This document shows positions 1-13,200 of a stretch of DNA of 64,000 nt, piece after piece (the first letter of the stretch is position 1; every line of letters starts with the position of its first letter). The DNA comes from Podarcis melisellensis (Eukaryota). The notes below the pieces were generated by a model that searched no databases, was not told the origin of the DNA, and saw only the letters and a program-made list of their open reading frames with translations. The position numbers and the translations under genes were made by a program. The DNA lies in NCBI GenBank assembly GCA_964234715.1, contig OZ174279.1. One strand, written 5' to 3'.

Positions 1-195
1 TCACTTCTCGCAATGAGGGAACCGCCAGAAGGCCCTCGGCGCTGGATCTCAGTGTCCGGGCTGAACGATGGGGGTGGAGACGCTCCTTCAGGTATACAGG
101 ACCGAGGCCGTTTAGGGCTTTAAAGGTCAGCACCAACACTTTGAATCGTGCTCGGAAACGTACTGGGAACCAATGCAGATCTCTCAGAACCGGTG
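1..195 (-). mobile_element. L2-clade LINE, 3' ORF2 fragment (5'-truncated; continues beyond window start)
   Basis: Minus strand reads PVLRDLHWFPVRFRARFKVLVLTFKALNGLGPVYLKERLHP, matching the LHWLP...FKxLxLTFKALNGLxPxYL motif at the C-terminus of L2 ORF2. Confidence 0.8.
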
Positions 196-406
196 AGGCT
201 TTCAGTGTGTTAGGCAGATGTATTTATGGACATGAAGAAGATGCTAGGGAAGTAGGAATTCCTTCCTGAGCCACCATCTCATTCAACCGAGATTTTGGAT
301 AAATCTTAATTGGAAAAGTCAGAGTATGGACCAGTAGCACCACATAGATACAGAATAATATAAACACCCTAGCACTTCAACACTGTTTTGAAGTAAATGC
401 TGTGTA

Positions 407-761
407 AGGTAAAGGTAAAGGGACCCCTGACCATTAGGTCTAGTCGTGACCAACTCTGGGGTTGCGGCGCTCATCTCGCTTTATTGGCCGAGGGAGCCAG
501 CGTATAGCTTCCGGGTCATGTGGCCAGCATGACTAAGCCGCTTCTGGCGAACCAGAGCAGTGCATGGAAATGCCGTTTACCTTCCTGCAGGAGCGGTACC
601 TATTTATCTACTTGCACTTTGACGTGCTTTCGAACTGCTAGGTTGGCAGGAGCAGGGACCGAGCAACAGGCGCTCACCCCGTCACAGGGATTCGAACTGC
701 CAACCTTCTGATCAGCAAGTCCTAGGCTCTGTGGTTTAACCCACAGTGCCACCCGCGTCCC
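407..761 (-). mobile_element. Sauria SINE, full length, with 12-bp TSD
   Basis: tRNA-like head on the minus strand (GGGACGCGGGTGGCACTGTGG...GTTCGAATCCC B-box) and (ACCTTT)n tail. Direct repeat AAATGCTGTGTA at 395-406 and 762-773. Confidence 0.93.
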
Positions 762-829
762 AAATGCTGTGTAGGTGTTATCTAACAGAACCAAGTAATG
801 TAAGACTATGGAAGTCCATCCTCTGAGAG

Positions 830-936
830 CAGGGATGGGGGATTTGTGGTCCTCAGACTCCCATCAGACTCAGCCAGCATGGCTAATAGGAGTCAAAGTT
901 CAACAACATCTGGAGGGCCACAAGTTCCCAATCTCT
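830..936. mobile_element. Short hAT-like MITE, degenerate; representative of many related copies (e.g. ~8435-8562, 13750-13880, 15550-15665, 24715-24825, 60063-60187, 63765-63890)
   Basis: Imperfect terminal inverted repeats (CAGGGATGGGG...CCCAATCTCTG) and the family signature ACAACATCTGGAGGGCCA. Confidence 0.6.
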
Positions 937-3573
937 GTCATAGGGGATTCAACTGATGATCAAACACACTCGTGATTTTGCCTGTTTTACTACAAGGTCA
1001 TTGTTGAGGCACAGCTGCTAAGCAGCTGTGGAAAATCGCAGGAAGTTATCACTTCAGATCACGCTCATTCTCATCCCACAGAGTCATTTCCCCCTTTATC
1101 ATGCACTTTCACTTGAGCCACTGAGTTAGAGAAAGTTAAAGACGGTCACTCAGATAGGATACATACATCAAAGCTTGGTGTATAAAGCTCTTCCCATATA
1201 GCCATGGGAGATCACTTCCAGCAACCCCTATGTGTGAGCCAGCGAGCTAGAGCTACTTATTGTTTATTTCATTTCAGCCACCAACTACACAGACCACACC
1301 CATCATTGTATTTGATACAAACAAAAAAGAGACACACGGCATTACACCCAGGCTTGCAATCTACTAAACTAAGGGCTATTCCCTTTGGATTTGTTCTGAG
1401 AACAGCATACACCAATGACTCAGTATTCAAAGTCACCCAGACTGAAACAGTAGAAGTTCCTTGGCTTCTGGGTTGTGACCTGCTGTTACTGTACATTTTG
1501 ACCATCCAATTAAAAATTGGCAAATCTTTGCAAACAGCTGGGGTTTTTGGTTTTTTTGTTGAATGGGAAAAAATAACAATCACACTTCTAGATTTCTCAG
1601 CAACTGCTTTTCAGGAATGCGAAGTTAAACTTCCAGCAGAGAAACTTAGAGAAAAGAAGACCCTTTCCCCAACACACACCTCTAGGGGCTGTTTAATATG
1701 TTATGATCTATTTCTATGGGTATAATATCCATATTGGAAAACACCAGTTTGCCTCAATGTGTGACTTCTATGCTACATGTGTAAATGAAGGCAGCACCTG
1801 CCCAGTACATGAACTTTCAGAATGAACAATGGAGATTGTCTCTGAGCAGGAAATTAAGATGTCTGCATAAGCATTCACTTGCAGAGTGTACTGTGACTTC
1901 AAAGCAAATGATAAAGTTGTTCAAAGAAGCAACTGAGTACAAGTATATAGTTCAAGTCAGAACATACTTTTGCAACAGGAGATTCTGCTGAAATGCCATC
2001 CTTCACAATAAGTTCCTACCCAAAGCATACAGTTACATTCCTCAAGTCCTGTGAGATTATGTCACAAAATTTTGCAGTGTTATGTACATACTCTGACATA
2101 TTTTTTTTTTAAAAAGGCAAGAAAACCTCCACATATGTAATTTGAAATGTAAATATGTTTTGCAACTCCCTTTATCGTCAGGGATACCTAGAACCTTGGG
2201 TTAATGGGAAGTACAGACAAAGGGAAGCAGTATTTGGGTGTAATTAAATTGCCATGAAACCACAGGGGAGCTATCGAAGGAAACAATGGTCCTGAATCCT
2301 TTGACATCCATCACAAGCAAGGCAAAGGCTCTGCTGACACCATTGCTCACTACATATATACTAGCTGATCTCCAAGGAAAGCAGATGCAAAATAGCAGAT
2401 AAGGCAGTTTCTTTGACCAGGCCAACTTTTTGTAACTGTAGGATATTCCAAGCCTTTGACTTCTACTTTGTGAGGCAAATTATAAAGTCGACATACCTCA
2501 CCACAATAGACAAATCAAGCCCCAGAGAGCCGGACTTTGACAGAGAATATGAGGAGAAAGTAACATTGATTCGCCACGCATCTTATTTATCCCTTCAATT
2601 ATTTGTGCCATCTGTCTTCAGCATTTGACTCCCACTAACCCACTCCCACATTCCCTCTTACAATGTGACTGCTCCTTCCAATTACGTTTAAAGACTGGTA
2701 TTTATTCATGCACAGTTTTCAGAATCAATGGCATCCTTTCTTACTTGCAAACTGGCAGGCAGCAATTTCAGAAGGACCATTGTTTTCTCCCGATGAGGAA
2801 CTCTTTACACAACTTCTGCAGAATAGATAGCTAGCCCTCTTTGTTTAGAGTGCCAGTGGATCCCTTACAGCAACCCGGTTGTTCTCAGACTGTCAAAGGG
2901 TGAGGATTTCTCTCCAGTATAATTATTCATTCAGTTCTTCCTCCATTCTAATTTACATCAAACATGTCCATCATTTTAAAAACTGAATTGCCAACAAGAA
3001 TTTGCAGTTAGATCTTCACGACTGGCAGGCCAGATGCTGCATACCTTAAAAGCATCCTTACTGAAGAAACAAACTTCTGATTAAATAACTCCCAATACCT
3101 TAAATAATTTGGTTTCGGCTAAAAGCCTTTGAGGATTTTAACCAGGAACTACCCACCATTAGTGGGAAATCCCTAGGCAATGTCCACCAGAGGTACCTTC
3201 AGCACTCTCTGAAAGAATGTTTATATAAAGTAAGCTTGAATTAATTTGCTGCTTGTTTTGAACACATCTCTTTCAAGGATGCCTTCATGAAATTCCCCCA
3301 AGACCAGTTCAGAACTAGCTTCAGCTACTTCCATTGATGCTGATCTCACCAACATGAATAATGTACCTACGAAAATTAAATTTTCCTCAACTACAAATTC
3401 ATTTTCATATTCACATTATCACTCTACCAATTCTTTATTAAAATCTTTATACCTGGCATCTAAAGCCAGAATGTACAGGCACCAGACTTGTGGAAAACAT
3501 TGATCTTTGAATATTCAGCAGATGTCCTCTTAATTAATCTGGGGGAAGGGTATTATTCTTTTATCAGTTATAA

Positions 3574-3874
3574 TTGGGGTAGCCAACCTAATGCCCATGG
3601 GCCAAAAGCGGCCCACGGGGGTCGTTTAACTGGCCCACGAGCCGCCCGCTCAGTTAGTCCCTGCGCACTGCACTAAACCGGTGCAGCATGGTGCGGGGAC
3701 TCGCTTCTGCTGCGCCAGAAATCACGTCTGTGAAGATGCAGGCATTGGAAATCATGTCTGCACAGACGCCGAAAATCACAGGCAAGTGCACTCACACACA
3801 CATGAAATCCGGCCCACGGAGGGATCTTCACTAGAGTGAACTGGCCCAGGTGAGGTAAACCTTGCCGACTCCTG
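3574..3874. mobile_element. Non-autonomous hAT transposon with 8-bp TSD
   Basis: TSD AGTTATAA at 3566-3573 and 3875-3882. Imperfect TIRs (GGGGTAGCCAAC / CTTGCCGACTCCTG) and GGCCC-rich subterminal motifs. Confidence 0.75.
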
Positions 3875-4903
3875 AGTTATAAAGTCCAGAATGAGGGGTT
3901 CACTTCACTATTTCAAAACATGGTTACAGAATTATTCCACACCACTTCAGTGGCATCTTAAAATGCCACATTAGCAACATCAGTATTTCTTATTGACATA
4001 TTCCTGAAACTCAAGGTATGTGTGACTGACATCAGTTGCATATATTGACTCATTTGCTGCCAATAACAATTAGCTGCTTGTTACAGAGAGGGAGAGGGGA
4101 GAGGCGGCAGGGAGGTTGATGTGGTGCAGGTGCAGGCATGGGAACATCAGCAATGAGCCTGGCACTGGGAAGCCAGGTGAGGAGCACAGCCCCACCCTGC
4201 CCTGCCCCACTGACTAGTCCTCACACACAGAGCCACAGTCGCTTGGGAGCACGCAGTGGGGCCAGAAGCTTAGAGCAAGGGATTCCTAACACAACAGCTA
4301 GAAGGGGACTTGGGGGCTTTGCATTCCCAAGACACAATGCTAGGGGTCTCTCTGCACAGCACACCTGCAGCGCTGGCCATTCCAGCTATAAGGAAGCAAG
4401 CTGTGCCCCATCCATCCAGAACAAAACTGATCAGGAAAATCCCTATGATCAGTGGGTGAATGGGGAACTGTCCCACCAATCTCAGCCTGCCCTCAGCCAA
4501 CCCCACCTTCCTGCCTTACAAGTTGGCTGGGGGTAGGGGTGGCCCTAGACATTAGCTTCCTCCTCTTGACCCTGTTTTGCCCTTGTAGAACTCGGTGAGG
4601 AGGAGAATGGGGACAAAACATTTGGCTCCACCTGCCATTGGTTCTGGCCCCCCTGGCTCCTATTGGCCTCCCTACCGTAAGCTCTTCCAGTCCCAGTGTA
4701 CACCAGCCACCACTGCCTAGGATAAGTGGCTTCAAAGGACGGCTGGTCCTGTATCAGCGGGACTGTTTCTCACTTGTGGAAAGTGAAGTGGAGCAGATCA
4801 GCACACCCACTACATTCTGAAACTTGAGGCTTGCACAATAAAATGCAGCAAGCTAAACTTGTGTGAGTTCCACAGGAATGAATGCAGGATATAAAGCAGA
4901 GCT

Positions 4904-5008
4904 TGGATGGCCATCTGTCATGGATGCTTTAGTTGAGATTCCTGCATTGGGGTTGGACTAGATGACCCTTGGGGTCCCTTCCAACTCTACAATTCCATGT
5001 TCCTATGA
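4904..5008 (+). mobile_element. CR1 LINE 3' end fragment
   Basis: GGGGTTGGACTAGATGACCCTTGGGGTCCCTTCCAACTCTACAATTC is the conserved CR1 3' terminus. Confidence 0.8.
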
Positions 5009-8000
5009 ATGGGAGCAGTGGAGCAGCTTTGGGGGACTTCTTTACTTTCGTACATGGTCTTAGGATGTTGCATTCTGACCACAGTAACAGTTCAGTATGC
5101 ATTTCTTTATTTCTTTACGAGACACCATTTTCCCTCTCCCTGCTTGTATTATAGGGCTCTGCTACAGACGCCCAGTAACCACAGGTAACCACAAGCCTAT
5201 GGTGCAATCAGCATGGGCTTAATTAACTGCCTCCATACTACTGAAGATAACTGTATTTTCCAGCAAAGTTTTTGGTTGCTGAATTCTCTCACTAGGGTGC
5301 TTTCTGTCCATTGGCTCTGGAGAATGTGGTGGCTGCTTTGATCTGAAAATGGGATTTTCCAACCCTGCTAAGAAAGCAGATTATTTTAATCTTTTGCGCT
5401 GTGCAGATACATGCCTTGTACTGTCAATTGCCAAGACTTTAAAAGGGTTGTGTGTTTTTTCAAAGGGAACAAATAGTGTTTAGGAGTCATAAACAGTGAT
5501 TGCGTTGCATAGGCCCCCAACTGTCATTGGAACACTTGAAAGCCAACTACTATATGTGGAAGACGGATGAGACGCTAAAACGCTGCAGATTAATCTTCTA
5601 AGGAAAAAGGTAGGACCAACATGTGACTTGGAGCATTTAGAACTGCACTGAAAAAGTGAGAAAATACACTTCAGGGAATAAAGTAGTCCAAGGCAATAAA
5701 AGTCACAGATCAGGGTCCTCTAGCTTCTTTTACTCCAAATAATAGGCTATTGATTTAGGTGTGAACTCTTAACTCCAATTCACTGTGTGAGTCACATGCC
5801 CCTGCTTCTGACATTACATTGGAAATGGGAATGATTCATGTGTCTGCTATTCCCTTTTCTCTGCAAGGTCCAAATTGGCTTTAATTTCCTGCCTGGAAAG
5901 ATTAACAGGCACCCTGAGCAGACATGTGCATTATTTGACTATTCTATCAAAGATCCAAGGATGAGTGTATGGTCTGTGCACTTGTTTCAACTTTCTGGAG
6001 GAGTTGGGCCACTATTGGCCTTCATGATATCCCATGGCAACCATTGGCAAAGTTTCTGTGATTTGCCAGAAATGGCAGCTTCTGCACTTAAACACAAGGT
6101 GGTTCAGTTTGAAAGGTGAAGTGACACACCATACTGACTAAGTGGGAATGCTGGCAAATTGCACCCAAAGGGCACATCCCATCTATGTAAACACCACAAG
6201 CAAGAGGAGTAGATACATGAACCAGATACACGAACCATTGCTCACTACTTATCAGCTGCCCAACCATAGATCATTGATCACATGTGCATCACGTAATCCT
6301 CCTGTTGCAGAATAAACAGGGTCCCGTGCTACATGAAGTTGTGTGATCCTAACTAACTGAGAGCAGGACTGTGTACAAAATCATCAGACTGGCAGCAATA
6401 GCCTGCTCAATATGCATGTGGGTGCAGTAGGCAAAATCAATAATGTCCTATCCTTTATATCAGTGGCTAAGAATCCAGTGTCATCATGAAAATTGTAACA
6501 ACAAGATATAGGTGGTGGAGACCAGATTCTGACCATCTTTCCATGCTCTACTTTAAACTGAAGCTTGGCTGTTGATTCACAGAACACTGGGTCCATATTT
6601 GACTGTCACTGCTTAGATCTAAATGGTGCTACCTCCAAGAGAGAACTAAGACAGACACACCTTGTCACAGAAACATAATAATTCACCTCATACAGCTTAC
6701 TCCTGCAAAATGAATCAGAGTGTTAGGAATTTACCTGCTCCACAAGTCATGTGGCTACATATCTTTTATGAGACAGCACCAGCTAGCTAGCATGTGCGTG
6801 ATTCAGTGAAGGCAGCAGATTGACTGGCTTTGACCCAGGCTAGGAAGTGCCCAGGATGTACAGAGCTTGGGGGTATTCTTTTATTAAAACTGTCTGGTGA
6901 GTAAGAGAGAGAAGTTAGATTATATTATTTATAATAGCAACTGTGACTGCATTCTACATCCTGCCTAATCAAAATCCCCTCTTAGTAGCTACATCCTGCC
7001 TAATCTAAATATCCTCTCTGATTTCAGATAGATAGGGCTTTGTTCTTTTGATTTCCAGAAAAAAGCTATGAGCAGTGGGCGTGAAGGTCTATCTATAGTA
7101 AAAGATCCCTCTTCTTCCTCGTGAAATACATGTTACATTGCCAACTCCTAGGGGCCCAAGGTCCCTTCCAATAAAATATTGGAGGGGGCCACCCCCCACC
7201 CAATTTGATGGGCACTGCCATTCAAATGGTTTGCATGCACCACTATTTGTGATCAATTATGCAGGCTGGGGCTTACCTGCCTCCCCCTCCCCCAATATTG
7301 GCACCCCTGCAACCAATAGACCAGTGGTGGAAGCAACACTTCTTGATTTCTTATATAAGAGAGAAAAAGACACACAAAGGAAATCAGTGGTATTGCACCA
7401 AGTGGCAATCATGCTAAAGCATTTAATAAATAAAAAATACTCTACTGTATATAGGAGGCTGTCATACACACAGAAACACAGGAGGATTCTCTATATGGAT
7501 CCAGGCCATTGCCCCACCTATCTAGTTTAGTACTGTCTCCATTGACTACCAGTGTCTTCTGTCTTAAATAGAAGATGGCAGGGACTGAACTTGGAACCTC
7601 CTGCATATAATGAAGCTCTAACTTGAAAGGTATGTATCATTTCAAATATCAGACACCATGTCCCATAGTAAATGGATGGTTCCATGCCAGCAATATCCAG
7701 TGCATACAAGGTTGGGTGTATATATTGGAAACAGAGGATGAAATCCAAATCTACTAGGGTCTCATGTAATGGTACTGAGCAAACCTCGCCTCCATTTATT
7801 TCTCAGGCAGTGAATGGAGTAAAGAACTGCTGTTACCTCATCTGCCTTGTAAACCTTTGCGAACAGGCTGTAGATAACAGCTTGGCATCTACACAATATC
7901 ACCCTAATGAAGACCATATGATTTCCATATTACAGATTAAAAGGAGCCAAAGGCATAATTTGGGACCAAACTCTTACATAATATCCATTCTCTTCAAGGA

Positions 8001-8033
8001 AGTTAACAGTGCAGTGTTCATTAATAACAAAGA

Positions 8034-8330
8034 CTGACTAAAGACATTTTGGGTGCTTGAGGCAAAAGGAAAAAAGGTGGCATCCCCCCCCCCCATTTCC
8101 ACACCCAGAAGCTGGCTGAATAACAGGTGACTGTCACTTCAACTCTGGTGATGGAAGGGCATCCTCCATCGTGCCTTAAAGCAGCAGGGAGGGCAGGTCA
8201 TGTGGCAAACACAGCTGTATCTTCCAACGTCTCACCACCAATCCCTCTGCTCGTTCTGCAGCATCCACTGCCTGAGGTGGCGTCCTCACCAATGCTAAGA
8301 CTGGCCCTGTCAATAATTCTCTTCAGAGAT
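8034..8330. mobile_element. Degenerate non-autonomous DNA transposon (related copy at ~17265-17540)
   Basis: Both loci share GACATTTTG...TGAGGCAAA at the left end and CTGCCTGAGG...GGCCC near the right end. Confidence 0.5.
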
Positions 8331-9789
8331 ACTGCTCTGAAGAACTCAAATGATGTACCAAGCCATTTTATGGGCTTCTGAAAAACACCCTCCACATGAT
8401 AGTTACTCCATTTGGCAAATGATTTAAGGCAGTGGTGAGGGAACTTGGGGCTCTGCAGACCCTGTTGGTCTCCGTCAGCCTCAGCTAACAGAGCCAAAGG
8501 TCAGAGGGTGACTGGAGCTCAGAGTCCAACAACATATTCAGGGCCACAGGCTCCCACTCCTGGCAACTAGCAAGATAATAGATGGTCCTCTACAACACAA
8601 TTTGCTTCCTTGCCGCTACATGGTGAACCAATACAAACAGAACAGTTTGCAGCATGGGTCACAGTGGACGGCTGAAGCATCTCTATGCAGCAGCTGTGTT
8701 GTAAGATGTGGGGGCAATAAAAGCTTTGCCCAAGAAATGGATTTCTATGAATCCGACCCAAAAGAAATAACTTTCCTCTTATTCAAATTATTCAAAATCG
8801 AATGTTTCCCACTGTGATTTCATGTCAGTATAAATCTAGGCAAATGGACCCTGTGATTTATCTCACTGTTCTCTCTGAACGAGGTGGTGCACTTTTAAAA
8901 AACTGATTACCAAAAGAAAACCTTACTGAACTACTTAATATTTTCTGCATAACACAAATAACAAGCTTGACAACAAATCAGTGAATTGAGTTCCAATAAA
9001 AAACATGGTCTACCTGATTACACAATACAAGCTTTACTCTTCCAGTTTTCTTAACAATCCTGGGTTGGATCCAGAATTAGCTGAACTTAGTTCCCTTAGA
9101 AATCAATGGCATAGGTCCCATTGATTTAAGTGGGTGCTCATTGCAGCTAACTGAGCCTAGGAACTTTCTGTTTCTAGGATAATTAGGTGCTGATATTTCC
9201 AACTGATTTTATTATATATAAATTGTGCAACAGTCTGCAAACTTAATCTTTTAGCAGCAATGTCTCTTTCTTTGCACTTATATTTCCTAATTTATTCAAC
9301 AGCATGTATCAAAGACAAACATAGATGTCTCAAAGTTAATATAACTATAAGATTCTTTTTGGACCACAATGAGTCCCGAAATCATGCTCTTGGTTTTGCT
9401 GGAGGGACATCAGGACAAATGTTGGCCTTGCTGGTGTTTCCCCTAGATTCTGGCCAACAAGACAGTTATGTTTATTGAGAGAAACAAGAACATATGTTGC
9501 AAAGAGTCAGATTCCAACAAAAACTCAGACTAGCATGGGAATGAAATTTCATGGCAAAATCTGTATGGTTAGCTAAAGGCCTGCTCAGATCACTTTTTAT
9601 ATTTTATTTTAGAGTCTATCTGCTATTTTATAAGCCCTTCAGCAGATTTCCAACCATGAGTCAAAATCTGGTCTTGAAACCTTGGATTGGATCCATATTT
9701 AGTTAGCTGAACTTAAGTCCCATTGAAATCAATGGGACAAGTTAGTCATACCTGAAGTCTCACCAATTGCAGTGGGAACTAGCTAACCT

Positions 9790-9945
9790 AGGCTGCATAC
9801 AAATCATTTAAAGAACCGCCCCCCCTCCAAAGAATCCTGGGAACTGTAGTTTGTTAAGGGTGCTGAGAATTTTGACTATGGGGGATAAATTACAGTTCCC
9901 AGGATTCTGGGGGTGGGGGGAATGTGCTTTAAATGTATGGTGCAC
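9790..9945. mobile_element. Palindromic MITE-like repeat
   Basis: Inverted arms CATTTAAAG...AGAATCCTGGGAACTGTA / TACAGTTCCCAGGATTCT...CTTTAAATG. Confidence 0.6.
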
Positions 9946-11048
9946 ATGGGGCTCAAGTCAAGATGCAACTCAACATGTGTGAGTAATGTAGGAGAAACTA
10001 GTTTGATTTTGAAGGGCAATATAATAAATACATGTGTAATATAGACAAGCAATTCATGAATTAATATTTTATTGGCCCAAACTGTAATTTAGAGATGCTA
10101 TGCCAAATGTCAGATTTCATTTCAGTCAAAATGAACACCAGATTAACTTTAAAAAGTAAAACAATATGTTTTATCTTCATTTTGGTGCAGGTTTATGCTG
10201 CATCTGTACTCAAAATGCACATAATGGCTCCATAATTATTGTGAAATTTGCAAAATGGATGAAAGCTATACAAATTTGCACTCATCGGTTTCCACTCTCC
10301 GCCACACACTGCTTTGGGCTATGGGGAGGGGAGTATATCATTTGTACTTTGATTTGTACAATAGTGCATAGATCAACTATAAAAGCTGGGAAAGAACAAA
10401 GGGAAAGCACATCTGGGAAAACAGAGTAATTTAAAACAGCATCAAAGCACGAAAGATATACAGGTTAGGAATTCAGGAAAGTAAATACCAAAATTACATG
10501 TTCTTTTTATTGGAAACCTTAAACTAAATTAATAAGTTTATGCCAAGATGCAGTCTGTTCGCAAGTTAAGTCACTTCACAATAGATTTATTTGTGTAGCC
10601 TTATCATAATCTAGGCATGTAACTAAAATAAATTGCTCATTTAAACTGCTAGTGTCAGCTACACCTATAGCTCTAATCTAAGAATTCCCTGAAATGTTGT
10701 TGCTTTTAATAAAATGTCACCTGCAGGACACTGACATTAAGCACCAGGTTGGACATTTCTACATACGACAGACTCACTCTGGGAATCTGCAGCCACATGA
10801 CAACTGAATGTTAAGGGGTGCAGGCATGTCTTCACAGTTTTACTCATTTACAGCATGGGACGTTGGAGTAGCTGCAACTATCAGGACTGCTGCATTAGCT
10901 GTTAAATTGGACCTTCCCCGGCAATGGTAGCTGCCTGCAAACTCAGAAATGATGCATGAAGTACCTTCTAACGTGTCTGCATGCCAGTAACCCACAAAGT
11001 GCCACATTCATGGAAAATGCCTTTATAATTAGTTTAAATTGGGAAGTC

Positions 11049-11250
11049 CAGTCGTACCTTGGTTGTCAAACTGAATCCATTCCGGAAGTCTGTTTGACTT
11101 CCAAAAACATCTAACAACAAAGGCGCGGCTTCCGATTGGCTGCAGGAGCTTCCTGCACCCAATCAGAAGCTGCAGAAGCTGTGTTGAACGTTCGGCTTCC
11201 AAAGAAAACTTGTAAACTGGAACACTCACTTCTGGGTTTGTGGCGTTCAG
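11049..11250. mobile_element. Tc1/mariner (Tigger-like) MITE fragment
   Basis: Begins CAGTCGTACCTTGGTTG, similar to the CAGTGGTACCTCGG TIR of other copies in the window. Right end degenerate. Confidence 0.5.
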
Positions 11251-13017
11251 GAGCTAAAACCACTTTAAACCTACTTTCTAGGAGACCAACCCCAAGGAAT
11301 TCAGTCTGAGTAAACATTTGAGTTGCTGTATAAACTGGTACTGTAACTACCTAGTCACGTGGCCACAAGAATCTGCAACCATGCCCATTTTGCATTCTTC
11401 TGCACCCTCTTACTGAAGTATTTTCTAAAGTCAGAAGCCAACTCTTGAAGATGACAGGATTAACACTTGAAACTCGGGCATTCTACAATCAGTTGCTTAC
11501 TTGAAGTAGAATTTATCCAAAGAGACTGGAGACCTGGCATACCACAAGGACAGGAAGAGAATATCTGCCCTATGCAGATACTGTCTGTCTCTACAGAGTG
11601 GTATTCTGGGATGGTGCCATCTTGCCATTTGTCCACCTCATAGCCATGCACTGGACATCACATTCAAACTGGGTCTAGGTGTGTAAAGAACAGGGGGTTC
11701 TAATTTAATTACATTAGTGTGGTAATGTCAAATTTAGATTTGCACCAAGCACACAAAACTAGTGAGTGCTGAAGTTCAGTAATGTCTTGGTATACTCTGG
11801 GAGAGGTTCCGAAATAAGGAGGAACTAAAAGAAGTGTCTCAAATAATCAAGCGTCTTTGGGGCTCAGATATTTACTTTTTCCTGTCTATGTCGTCTGCCT
11901 GCTGTCAAGCTATATGCCTTTCCTCTCTCCCATCCAAATATATGCCCCATAATCAAAATTATTTGAAATAGCTTCTCTGAAGCTTGGCAGTAGAATAAAT
12001 TATGCAAAGTAATTAAGAAAATGCAAATGTGCTCAGTTCACAAACCCAAAAGCTTCTTGGCAAGAAACTCACATTACTCTGACAAAGGCTGTACACAGCC
12101 ATGATTACTTATTTGTCCATAGATATGGTGAGGTAGAGCAGAGCATATGGAGTTACCAGTGTAGTGAAAAGGTCATTGTCTGGGTTACACACAACTAAAA
12201 TAGAACTCTTAACTACATTTCCAGTCTATACAAAAATAGCTTGACTGGATGTCTAGCAACCCTAACTCACATTCTGCATATTTTAGACACCTCCCAATTA
12301 ATCAGTTATTATTATTACGCATGCTGTTTAGAAAAAAACAACTACAAAAAGATTATCTGTTGTTGCTCTTGTTGCTATTTCAGCTTGTTGTGAATTAGTG
12401 CTTTCTGCTTATATTTGCTTCAGAGATACATTGCAATGACTTTCTCACTCTGGAATTAGAATTCTTTAGTGTGCTGTAGAGAGCAGAGTGTTGAACCTGG
12501 ACTGGAGAGGTCTGGGTTCAAATTCATGTTTCACTACTGGGTGGCCTTGGCAGGTCCCAGCCCATCAGCTTAACCTAATGCACAGGATACACTTCCTCAA
12601 GTTCCTTGCAGGATGCATAAGACTTAACAGTGCTCTTCATAGTTACTGATGTTTAGGAGGCAAGCTGATCAGGGTTCTCAATCACACAGGCAGCCTCCCT
12701 GCTGCAGGCATTATCCTCAACACAAGGACCTCAGAGGTGGATGGAGGAGAAGAAATGTGACTCTTGTGACAGGGCTAAACAAATGGTCCAAGTCACTTTT
12801 CAACACACTTGAGCTCTGCACGCGAGTTATGCATAATAAGGGCTTGTTCATCTAGTATCAGTGGCCATGCGTTAAGAATAACAGCACTTTTACAGCATTC
12901 AAAGCACTCCACAACTCCACATTTATGTTCTCAGCAACTGTTATATGAGCCCTTCAAAGGAGGCTATCACTGCTATCTTTGTATCCAGGAGCCCACAGAT
13001 TCATGTGCCGTCTTGCT

Positions 13018-13200
13018 AAGAACATATAAGAACATAAGAAGCCGCCTGCTGGATCAGGCCAATGGCCCATCTAGTCCAGCATCCTGTTCTCACAGTGGCC
13101 ACCCAGAGGTCTGTGGGAAACCCACAAACAAGACTGGAGCACAAGAGCACCCCTCCTGTGGTTTCCCCCAACTGGTATTCAGAAGCATTACTGCCTCCAT
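13018..13200 (-). mobile_element. CR1-type 3' end fragment (related copies ~27896-28100, ~52830-52980)
   Basis: TAAGAACA tandem tail followed by GCCTGCTGGATCAGGCCAATGGCCCATCTAGTCCAGCATCCTG, the antisense of a squamate CR1 3' terminus. Confidence 0.7.

Noticed and set aside
520-711. Recurring ORF MASMTKPLLANQSS... (also 16447, 54302, 56519)
   Set aside because: It is the antisense translation of Sauria SINE copies, not a gene family.
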